Positions 1 to 10,956 of a DNA stretch of 64,000 bases are shown here, piece by piece. Within the stretch, counting starts at the first letter, position 1; each line of letters starts with the position of its first letter. Origin of the DNA: Laetmonice hystrix (Eukaryota); the NCBI GenBank assembly GCA_965235115.1, contig OZ249440.1, positions 33,296,001-33,360,000 on the forward strand, read 5' to 3'. The notes below the pieces were generated by a model. That model did not search any database. It was given only the letters and a program-made list of their open reading frames with translations, and was not told where the DNA came from. Position numbers and translations under genes: made by a program.

Positions 1-288
1 TCGCATTGAAGGCATGATTTTTTTTTATCCTCTTAAAGAAAAATAAATTAAATAAATGTTATTTTGCTGATGTCAATTAACCTATCATTGGCCTAATATT
101 ACAATTGTGAGATTGCAGTAAGTCAGTGTGTATTAGTGAGTACTTAAAAGTTTGTATATACATCTATATATTTATTTTAATTGTGTAGCTGTTTTGTTTC
201 TTTTTGTTGTCATGCACCTTTGTACTAATTTAGGCTTGTGTTGGCATATGGAGCTCCTATTTGTTGTTTCATAAACCTACATCTGCAG

Positions 289-3200
289 TTGCAGGAACAG
301 TTTGACAGTGTTCAGGAGACTGATGACATGCAGCCCCCCTCTGAGGATGCAAGGGAAAATGAGCAACAGGTAAAAAATAATTTATAGTATAGCCTTATTT
401 AAATCAGATATCATTACAGTTGATATTGTACTGGTATGTTGATGGATTCTATTGGAGTTAGGAACAGAGTTTCACAGACAGTGTATTGGCTTGAAATACA
501 ACGCCATTTTCTTGATATACAGTATAGAGGTACACTCCATTGAAAAAAAGGCAGGCGAGAACCCTGATCGATTTTTTTAATGAATTAAATGCGAAATGAT
601 ATCCATTTATGCAAAGAATTTCTGAAAGAACGTATCACGAATGGAGCCATATTCAGGGGAAACTGAAAGAATAATAAATCAGTTGGGCTGCATAGCAAAG
701 CTGGACTACCTTTGACCCCTCAGTTTTGATGCTAATGTTGAGAGGTTGTAGGCTTGAGTAAAATATACCAACACCTTTTGTTATTTAATATAAATATTTG
801 TTATTTGACTTTGATTTTCAAGGATTTCTTGATGAGAAAAAATGTAATTTTGCTTGAGAAGCTTACATTTTATACTGTTTGATGTAAAACCTTTGAGGTA
901 AGAATTTTAAAATAAGAGATACCTATGAAAATAGGGGCACTGGCAGTGAGGACTGGGGTGATACTGACATGATATATATCATGATATGGACCCCATGATG
1001 CAGTACATATCACAATATTTTTTCACATAATACACCATGTAAAAGTGATGTACAAACGGGATGTCTTTGAGCTATGTGATAACCTTTATACTTAACATTT
1101 AAAAAAAAGAAAGTATGTAAATATGTATGTAAATCTGTGGAGCTTGCAGGTAGTGTATGGGGGGTAGGGTGAAACCTCTAGACGTCTTGGCCTTTAAGAT
1201 TAGGTCTTTAAGAATTTCTTTGGATTTTGCATTCTCATGTCTATATCTTGATATAAATACTTAACTGGCATGATGTATCATGAAGTTTGTATAGATATGC
1301 TTATTTTTGGCAAACGAATCAAATAATTATTAATACAGAAGTGTATTAGCCCAGCCCTACTGCCAATCATGACTTGACTAAAGTCAGGCTCAAGGGATAA
1401 TTTTTGAAAATGACTCAGACACCAGTCTGCAGTGGATCAAAAGTTTTAGCTTTAGTTTGCTTCCCAACTGAAAAAAGCGTATAACTGCACCAAACCAACC
1501 AATCCTGAATCAACATTTTAGGTAATGCAACAAGATCTTCAAATTCAAGCTCAAGTGTCTGATGATGAGAGACTCGAGGATTTCTTGGGCTATATGCAGT
1601 CCTTTTCTGGGGGAAATATCAAAGAAAAGCAAGCATTAAAGCACAAAGGACAAACAGTCTACATTCTTCAAGAATGCTCTGGATACAAAGTTGATGATAT
1701 TGGCCAACCAGGATTTACAAAGGCATTATCAGACTGTTTGGAGAGAAAAATGAAGACATGGTCTCCAAATACTGGAAGAACATATCTCAATTCCTTCCGA
1801 CTGTTTGTTGAGTTCGTCCTGATGATGAAAGGACTGAATCAACAGAATTATCGCAGCTTTATCACAGACAATCTTCAGGTTCAGCTACAACAACTTCGAA
1901 ATTGGAGCAAATCACTCCAGAAGGAATCAAAGAAAATCATTTCAAACAAAACCTTGGATGAGGAGACTTACGTGAATCCTTCTGATCTACAAGCATATGT
2001 AGACAGCGACAGGGCGAAAGAGGCCAGAGAGTTGATAGAGTCACCTCCTGACATGCCAACAATGACACAGCATACCACAGTGAGGAACTTTCTGCTCTTC
2101 CGAGTTGCTTTGGCAAATTGCAACAGAACAGGTTGCTTGACAAATGTTACAGTTAAAGAATTTCAGAAAGGAGCCACAAGGATGAAAAATGGTCACCACG
2201 TAATTTCAGTTCAAGACCATAAAACAGCAGGCACCTATGGCTCGGCAGAGCTTATTTTGAGCCGAAGCCTATATATAGACATGAAGTGCTATGTGACATC
2301 ATTCCGTCAGCCAGGTGACAGTCAGAAGCTGTTTTCAAATTGGTCAGGCACAGGAATGGATGCAGGGAACATCTCGCATGCCCTGACTACAGACTTGGGT
2401 CGTATTGGTGTTGAAAAGAGGTATTCACCATTGGACACATTAATATTTCCTTTGTGTTGAAGTTTCTAAAGATGTTGATGTTCTTTGTGTTGCGTTGTTT
2501 GCTATTGAAATTCAATCAGACAGATGTTATCAGTTACTTTCTTGTCTAGTGTTCCATTATGTTGAGGTACAGTATGTTGAACAACTGTGTTATAAAATTA
2601 TGAATGTTGGCATGTTGGAATTTTTGACACAAACTATCTGAAGCATTTTAGCCACTTAGATGTTCGCAAGAATGGGAAATCAGAGAAAATGTATTACATA
2701 TTCTAATTTATTGGTAAGTTAAATATGCTCTGGAAGAAACGTATTTTGTGGACTCAGCTGTAAAACTGTCAATTTTTAATCTTCAGCATTGACATTAACT
2801 TGCAAAGAAGCCTGTCTTAAGCACCAAATACTACATTAGTGCATTGTGTAAACTGGAAAATGTAGTTTGCCTGTGACAGTACACTAACTGGTAAAATGGC
2901 TGGCAATTACCATTTGAGGGCAATAGTATGGTAACTGTGCATATTCCTTGCAATGGATCTTCTACCTAGGATGTTATGGGGATTGGACACTAATGTTATG
3001 CACACTTTATTTATAGTCTATGTTTTATCAAATGATAATACAGTCAGTTATAAATTATGTTCTTTACATTGACCCTACAGAGGAGCCATGAACTTCGCTG
3101 TTCATTCTAATTCACTTAATCCATATAGTGTTCTTTTTTAGGGTAACTTGTACGAAACTGCGTCACCTTGCTGTGACAATGGTGTCAAGCCTTCTTCCAC

Positions 3201-5517
3201 AAGACGAGCGGAATGACCTAGCCACCTTGATGTCACATTCCACCAAAACTCAGCAAAGAACGTATAATGACAGCTTAAAGACAAATCGCGTCGTCAGGAT
3301 TTCAAATATTCTGACGAAAATTCTGACACAAAAAGAGGTCACTGCTACTGATCTGAAAGCAGCTGAATGTGGTGTGTATAAGTTCTAACTTTCTTTTTCA
3401 TCGTTACCTCCATAGCTTATGTATTGGGTGCTGTTTTTCGTGGGGGGGGGGGGGGTGCGTGTGTGTGGGCGTGAGCTAGGGCGGAGGTCTGTGCTCTCCG
3501 AGTGCACGATTTCTAGTTTTATTACAAAGTTAGCTTGTTCACCACAAAATTGATTTCCATGCTCTCTTAATAATACTTGGTGTATAGTTAAAAAGTTTTA
3601 AAGAATATTGGCTGGGAAAAAGATTAAAATATGTCTATTTCGTTTTACTTAAGACATCTGTTATACATATAATATGTACAACCTCAGCATTTATGTTACA
3701 AGCTCTCATAGAAACAAATTTTATCAAGATAAATAGTAATCAGTTTAGAATTTCATTTGTACACAGCATTTGACAGCTGTATGATGCTGGCCCTTATAGT
3801 AACCATTTGAATGCTGTGTGCAACTTACGTATTTGAAATTTTGATTCTAGAGATCCCAGGATTTGATGTGACGTCAGCCAGGAGGATGATCCACGCGAAA
3901 GCTCCAGGTTGGTTTCATATATTCAGACCCAGCATCAAGCCAGACCAATTTGGGGTGTTCTTTCCCTAAGTAAGACATACACGCGCACCTCAGTCATAAA
4001 CCCTCACCTATGCACACATACCTTTCAGTAGAGTTCACATTAATTTCATATTTTAAAAAAGAATATGATGTAAAACCATTAATTACTGTTTCTCAATGCT
4101 AGATCATACTCTCCCTTGACAATGTCAATGACACCACTTTTATTAATATGAACAATAAAAGGAAACTTTACAGTGTTCATTAGTACTGTGCCAGTAGACC
4201 TAATGAACTTCAACTTTTAGATTCTTATAATTTTCCATCTTTTCCTTTTATTCTCCTTAATCCAAAGCTGCATCTACTGCATCCTCTCCTGTGGAAGCTG
4301 ATGATGGGCAAGTAGCCAGTGAGGGTCCAGATGACCAGGCATCGCAAGTTCCAGTCATACCTGCTGAGGATGCTCAGGCTGTCTTTGAAACTCCAGATGA
4401 CCAGGCATCGCAAGTTCTAGTCATACCTGCTCAGGCTGCCTTCGAAACTCCAGATGATCCGGCATCGCAAGTTCTAGTCATACCTGCTCAGGCTGCCTTC
4501 GAAACTCCAGATGATCCGGCATCGCAAGTTCTAGTCATACCTGCTCAGGCTGCCTTCGAAACTCCAGATGATCCGGCATCGCAAGTTCTAGTCATACCTG
4601 CTCAGGCTGCCTTCGAAACTCCAGATGATCCGGCATCGCAAGTTCTAGTCATACCTGCTCAGGCTGCCTTCGAAACTCCAGATGATCCGGCATCGCAAGT
4701 TCTAGTCATACCTGCTGAGGATGCTCAGGCTGCCTTCGAAACTCCAGATGACCCGGCATCACAAGTTCCAGTCATACCTGCTGAGGATGCTCAGGTTGCC
4801 CTTGAAACTCCAGATGACCAGGCATCTCAAGTTCCAGTCATACCTGCTGAGGACCGGCAAATTTCTTCTGATGATGACCCATGTTGTGAAACGTCGGAAC
4901 AAGCTTTTCTGGTAATTTCATAGACAAACCTATATTTCCAGGTCGTCTATAACTGTTTATCTCTACTTGCTTCAAGTGCTCCTCATGCAATTCAGACAAA
5001 AATTTAGCATGAGTTAACCTTTGAGTAGACTTTGTGTAGTGCTTTATCATTAATATATTTGATAAATTGTTACCTAGATGAATGTCCGTTTATTGCATTA
5101 TGACGTATTTCTTATCGAGTCATATCAACTACTGAAGGGCTATCAATTTTTTCAAAGAAGACCACTTTAATTTTTGTTTCCTATTGCATGATTCATAGGT
5201 ACCATGAATCCACATTTTTGGTTATTGACTTTCAGGAAACCCTGCAACCAATGAAAAAAGGAGGTCGTATGCAAAAAGCAGAGGTGAACTTCGTGATACA
5301 GCACTGCGCCGATCTTATATGTAAAGGGGCCGCAACTCTGCATGATGTAAAAACAAAACGGGAAGAAGACGCAAACATAAACAGATTCATGAACATTAAG
5401 TGGCCTCGTCTTACCATGCCAATGAAAGATAGGCGCCTAAGAGACATTCTGAGAAACTATGGGGCATCGAAAGATAAACAGAAACGTGCAAATAATTTGT
5501 TGCATGACAAAGAGTAG
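289..5517 (+). CDS. Spliced tyrosine-recombinase gene, copy 1 (3' six exons; 5' exons lie before the window)
   Basis: Phase-compatible GT-AG exons at 289-369, 1522-2420, 3142-3371, 3851-3907 (symmetric, least certain), 4268-4911 and 5236-5517. YR-type motifs: NCNR(2125)TG, HK(2221)T..YG, TKLR(3161)H, LMSH(3236)S, TY(3263)N. No stops or frameshifts in the joined frame. Confidence 0.85.
941..1365. mobile_element. Degenerate MITE-like inverted-repeat remnant in an intron
   Basis: tggcagtgaggactggggtgatac (941-964) is an imperfect reverse complement of gtattagcccagccctactgcca (1343-1365). No TSD found. Confidence 0.3.
4327..4853 (+). repeat. Coding minisatellite, 57/66-bp units (~9), encoding TPDDPASQVLVIPA(EDA)QAAFE
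   Basis: 57-bp period visible directly; in frame within exon 4268-4911. Confidence 0.95.
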
Positions 5518-8500
5518 TGGCCAAGCGTCCTGTCTCCACCTGTGAGAGCTGTGAGAGCTGACCCGTAATCTTGTGAACGCCAGTCGTAATCGTTCTGGAG
5601 TGTAGGCCTATATATCTCGGTTGGTGTCGGTTTGGTGTAGGGGAGAGTGGGGCACCGTGAGCCGTGGGGTACCTAGAGCCAAAGGCTCTCCTGCCCATTG
5701 GTTTTATAATTTGCTGCCAGCGCGACGTTTGCACTGTGCTCTGGCGTCAAGAAGGTAAACTAAATGTATTGCAGTCATTCTGTGACGTCCATGACGAACT
5801 TTCATAATCAAGAAGAAAAATTAAATCAGAAAGCAAATTCCTAAAAATAAGCAACTTTTATTCCTGTGTCACCTAACTACATTCTTTACCTAGAATCTGA
5901 TGAGAGATAAAAGTATACAGTATAAGCTTTCTACTAGGCTATATTTTGCTTGTTGTAAAGTGCCCATTTTAAATAGGGGGACAACCTTTTCAAATATGGT
6001 GCCCATGGGGCACCTTGAGCCACAAATTATGGGGCACCTTGACCATGGTTAAAGTGGTTGATCTAAAGGACTTACATCAGTAAGGCTTATAAATATTTTT
6101 TTTAAAAAGCTATAACATTAATAGAGATATTCGTGTAAAATTAGAAAAAAGTAAAAGAAGATAGTATGAATTTTTAGGCCTACATGATTATACTTGTGGA
6201 AATAACCAGAACATTCTGGTTACACTATATAGGGGGCCTATATTTATTACAGGTCTTTGCATGGGAAAGCAATGAAAAGAAAAGTCATTTCTATTTTAGT
6301 TATGGTTATTTTCATGAAAAAAATAGTGATTTTAGAGCATTTGACCAATATATCTCAAGGTGCCCCATAGGGTGGCTCAATGATCCCCACGAGAGGGGTA
6401 CCTTGACCCACACGGAAAAAAATAATTCAAAAAAATATTAAGCAGGTAAATAGGGACATGGAGATTTGGTCTATAGCACCTTTGACCTTCAAAAAATATG
6501 AATTAATAACTTTAATTGATTTTGTAGCCGAGGTATCACTAATGGCTCAAGGTGCCCCACTCTCCCCTACACACTGTGGAGTGTCAAGGTCGATTTGATG
6601 TATAAAACATTCTTTTAGACGAACTGCTGGCTTGAATATATTGTTAGTCGACTTTAGTTTGCAATCTTGAATTGGGTCGGTTTTATAATTGTCGAGCCAC
6701 TGTAAGTAACGGCCCATGGGGCTTTTGCAGCGACTAGCGAGCTGCATGGCATTGTCCAGCGGACTGTCCTCAAAGTGGTCACTCTTCCTGACTTTCTTCA
6801 GAAATGATTGCTGCCGGCTTATGACGAGAGACTGAGCCGTTGGGGCGTCTATCTCTATTTGGCAGAGGTCGTGACAGGTTTGGAGTCTCACGCCTAGTAG
6901 TTTTTTCAAGGTTAACATAATATTCGGCTTCTACTTTGCTTAAATTCTTGGATAACCACGACTCGCATCCGTATAATATTGAGCTCGTGAGGGCTGCATC
7001 CCAGTCCAAACGCTTTACATAAAACGGGGCATCTGCATTTTTGGCAAGAAAAGAGCTGAACTTTCGTGAGTGTTTCTTTTTTTCTTGCAAGTGTTATTGT
7101 ATCTGATGGGAAATGTTTTCGCCCGTGATGGTTGAGCCAAGGTAGATGTACTTTTTGGTAGGGTAAATGGTCACTCCTCGTATGGCAATAGGCGACTGGT
7201 CTTTTGCGTTAATGGCCAAGAAGTTCCTCTTTTTGAAATTTATAGTCATTCCGTATTCTGTACAGAAGTCCAAGAGTATACATATTTTCTTCTCCATAGT
7301 CATTCCGTATTCTGTACAGAAGTCCAAGAGTATACATATTTTCTTCTCCAGGTTATCTCTTGATGTACTAAAAATGACAGTGTCGTCCATTAACATGAGT
7401 GTGTGGGTCTGCTGTCCGTATCAATGGATTTACGAATAGGGTAAACAAGAAACATGAACTTTGGCCTCCTTGACGAACACCTGTTGATGAGCGAAATATT
7501 ATCGAGTTAAGATGGCTCAATGTGTATTGCAAAGTGGCTCCGACGGCACGAGTCATTCTATTTTCACAACCCATCAGTTTGAGCATATCAAGTAACTTTT
7601 GCCTGGGCACCTTATCATATGCTTTTTCAAAGTCTATGAACAGTACAAAAAGTTGTTGTTTTGTATGGCGCACAATATCAATCAATAAAAGTTGTGTGAC
7701 TAGTTGTTCGGCACAACTGTGGCCTTTCTGGGCGCTTGCTTGCTCGACATCTGGCCAAAACCACCGACTCAGCCTTGAGTTTAAGATGCCCTCATAAACT
7801 TTGGAGAGAGACGAGAGTATGCTGATCCCTCTGTAGTTGTTTGTGTCACTTTTGGACCCTTTCTTGTGGATAACAAAGACTTTGGCAATACTCCAATTCA
7901 CCGGATGTGCTGCCGATTGGAATATGAGATTAAACAGCGCAGTAATCATTAGGATCCATTGGGGAGTAATATATTTCAGTATACCGGGAGGTATACTGTC
8001 GCCTCCTGCAGCTTTGTTTGCTTTGAGCAGTTTGATTTGTTCCTCGACTTCGATTCCAGAAATGTCATAATCAATAGACATTGGATTCTGGTATATGAAT
8101 ATATATTGGTGGTGAGTTTAACAGACTTTCGAAATGCTCTTTAAACTGCTCGTCCGATCTCTCTAACCCAGCGGAAGATCTTTTTCTGAGGCTATCCTGC
8201 CTGCCTCGTACAGTGTTTCAGTAATGTCCTTGCATGCTGAGTCGCACTCAGGCAGTTCCCCGTGAAAGAGAACTTCCGGGTTAGGTAACGTGTCGAGAAA
8301 ACGTTGTTTGTTGATGTGTTGGACATTGAGTGGCCTCCTATGTTTGCTCTGTCTGTAATCTTTAAAAGACTCCAAGTCTAGAGCTCTTTCGAGGACAACA
8401 TCTGGGGGTAACACGTTAGGGAGGCTGATATCTAGCTGTAATGGAGCGTGGTTTGATTGGGGGAATCAATCTTTTACAACCTTGAATAGTTCGATGTGGT

Positions 8501-8520
8501 CCATTGTTGTGCTGAAGATT
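5518..8520 (-). mobile_element. Decayed non-LTR retrotransposon ORF2 (end of APE, RT, C-terminal region), interrupted by a MITE; clade uncertain, possibly RTEX/Proto2-like
   Basis: SNHAPLQL (~8455, end of APE); NYRGISILSSLSKVYE, FIDFEKAYDKV, GVRQG, LMDD, YIYLG, ILYGCESW. RLRVSSH..VETGR lies on the far side of the MITE (~5525-5580). Several frameshifts and a 54-bp internal duplication (7242/7296). Confidence 0.9.
5640..6567. mobile_element. 928-bp MITE with TA target duplication (Tc1/mariner/pogo-type by TSD)
   Basis: TIRs ggggagagtggggcaccgtgagcc (5640-5663) and ggctcaaggtgccccactctcccc (6544-6567), one mismatch. TA at 5638-5639 and 6568-6569. Internal copies of ggggcaccttga. Confidence 0.88.
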
Positions 8521-8569
8521 TCATAGAGAAATAGGGGGAGTCTCTTGGGGGTTACATGTACAGTTGAAC

Positions 8570-8882
8570 CACGGTTTACTAACTCGTACGTACGGGTTAC
8601 TAAAAGTAGTACCTACGGGTTAGACTTTTTTCACAGTGAACACAAAGAGTCGTACGTACAACTTTTAGTAACCCGTAGGTACGAGTTAGTAAGTCGTACG
8701 TATGGGTTAGTAAGTCGTACGTACGGGTTAGTAAGTCGTACGTATGGGTTACTAAGTCGTACGTACAGGTTATTAAGTCGTACGTACGGGTTACTAAGTC
8801 GTACGTACGGGTTAGTAAGTCGTACATACGGGTTATACGTTTTTGTGATTTTTTTGGCCATGGCCCTAATACAGCTTCGTAG
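8570..8882. repeat. 21-bp minisatellite (gtacgtacgggttagtaagtc), probably the core of a small non-autonomous element
   Basis: About 7 contiguous units at 8680-8835 plus dispersed units at 8570-8660. Followed by a T-run and ggccatggccctaatacagcttcgtag. Confidence 0.85.
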
Positions 8883-9030
8883 ATGTTAGATTTGTTTGTG
8901 CAATAAAAAATAAATAAAAACAAATATATTCAGCATTTACTTGTTTGTGTGCTCTTACAAGAATTGCATAATGTTACAGGAAAGTAAATCAGTCAAGGAA
9001 TCTTCCCTGAGCTTTGTATAAAAGAAAGCT

Positions 9031-10956
9031 CACTGTGCAAAAAGAGCATTCTTTACAAAAAGACCACTGGACCTTACAAAAAGACCATTATTCAAAGAAA
9101 AGGACCACCACTGGACCTTACAAAAAGACCATTATTCAAAGAAAAGGACCACAAATGGTCCTTTCTCATGGAGGGATCTGAATAAAAGGACCACTTTTTA
9201 GCCTGGTGTAGCGAGGTTCGGGATAGCCGAGTGTTCAAGGCAAAAAGTGCATTCTTTACAAAAAGACCTGGACCTTACAAAAAGACCATTATTCAAACAA
9301 AAGGACCACAAATGGTCCTTTCTCATGGAGGGATCTGAATAAAGGACCACTTTTTAGCCTGGTGTAGCGAGGTTCGGGATAGCCGAGTGGTCAACGCAAA
9401 AAGAGCATTCTTTACAAAAAGACCACTGTACCTTACAAAAAGACCATTATTCAAACAAAAGGACCACAAATGGTCCTTTCTCATGGAGGGATCTGAATAA
9501 AAGGACCACTTTTTAGCCTGGTGTAGCGAGGTTCGGGACAGCCGAGTGTTCAAGGCAAAAAGTGCATTCTTTACAAAAAGACCACTGGACCTTACAAAAA
9601 GACCATTATTCAAAGAAAAGGACCACAAATGGTCCTTTCTCATGGAGGGATCTGAATAAAGGACCACTTTTTAGCCTGGTGTAGCGAGGTTCGGGATAGC
9701 CGAGTGGTCAACGCAAAAAGAGCATTCTTTACAAAAAGACCACTGTACCTTACAAAAAGACCATTATTCAAAGAAAAGGACCACAAATGGTCCTTTCTCA
9801 TGGAGGGATCTGAATAAAAGGACCACTTTTTAGCCTGGTGTAGCGAGGTTCGGGATAGCCGAGTGTTCAAGGCAAAAAGTGCAAAAAGAGCATTCTTTAG
9901 AAAAAGACCACTGGACCTTACAAAAAGACCATTATTCAAACAAAAGGACCACAAATGGTCCTTTCTCATGGAGGGATCTGAATAAAAGGACCACTTTTTA
10001 GCATGGTATAGCGAGGTTGGGGATAGCCGAGTGGTCAACGCAAAAAGAGCATTCTTTACAAAAAGACCACTGTACCTTACAAAAAGACCATTATTCAAAC
10101 AAAAGGACCACAAATGGTCCTTTCTCATGGAGGGATCTGAATAAAAGGACCACTTTTTAGCCTGGTGTAGCGAGGTTCGGGATAGCCGAGTGTTCAAGGC
10201 AAAAAGTGCAAAAAGAGCATTCTTTAGAAAAAGACCACTGGACCTTACAAAAAGACCATTATTCAAACAAAAGGACCACAAATGGTCCTTTCTCATGGAG
10301 GGATCTGAATAAAAGGACCACTTTTTAGCATGGTATAGCGAGGTTCGGGATAGCCGAGTGGTCAACGCAAAAAGAGCATTCTTTACAAAAAGACCACTGT
10401 ACCTTACAAAAAGACCATTATTCAAACAAAAGGACCACAAATGGTCCTTTCTCATGGAGGGATCTGAATAAAAGGACCACTTTTTAGCCTGGTGTAGCGA
10501 GGTTCGGGATAGCCGAGTGTTCAAGGCAAAAAGTGCAAAAAGAGCATTCTTTACAAAAAGACCACTGGACCTTACAAAAAGACCATTATTCAAACAAAAG
10601 GACCACAAATGGTCCTTTCTAATGGAGGAATCTGAATAAAAGGACCACTTTTTAGCCTGGTGTAGCGAGGTTCGGGATAGCCGAGTGGTCAACGCAAAAA
10701 GAGCATTCTTTACAAAAAGACCACTGGACCTTACAAAAAGACCATTATTCAAAGAAAAGGACCACAAATGGTCCTTTTCTCATGGAGGGAGCTGAATAAA
10801 GGGACCCCCTTTTAGCCTGGTGTAGCGAGGTTCGGGATAGCCGAGTGTTCAAGGCAAAAAGTGCAAAAAGAGCATTCTTTACAAAAAGACCACTGGACCT
10901 TACAAAAAGACCGTTATTCAAACAAAAGGACCACAAATGGTCCTTTCTCATGGAGG
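9031..10956. repeat. Satellite A array (159/168-bp monomers)
   Basis: 159-bp monomer, or 168 bp with a 9-bp gcaaaaagt duplication. Contains the hairpin aaaggacca-caaa-tggtccttt. Confidence 0.97.

Noticed and set aside
1522..8520. DIRS-like retroelement (YR plus nearby RT)
   Set aside because: The RT is non-LTR type, antisense and decayed. There is no gag, RNase H or split/inverted terminal repeat linking it to the YR.
8545..8923. ORFs with SRTYGLV/TRTYDLL repeats
   Set aside because: Translations of the 21-bp minisatellite on both strands.
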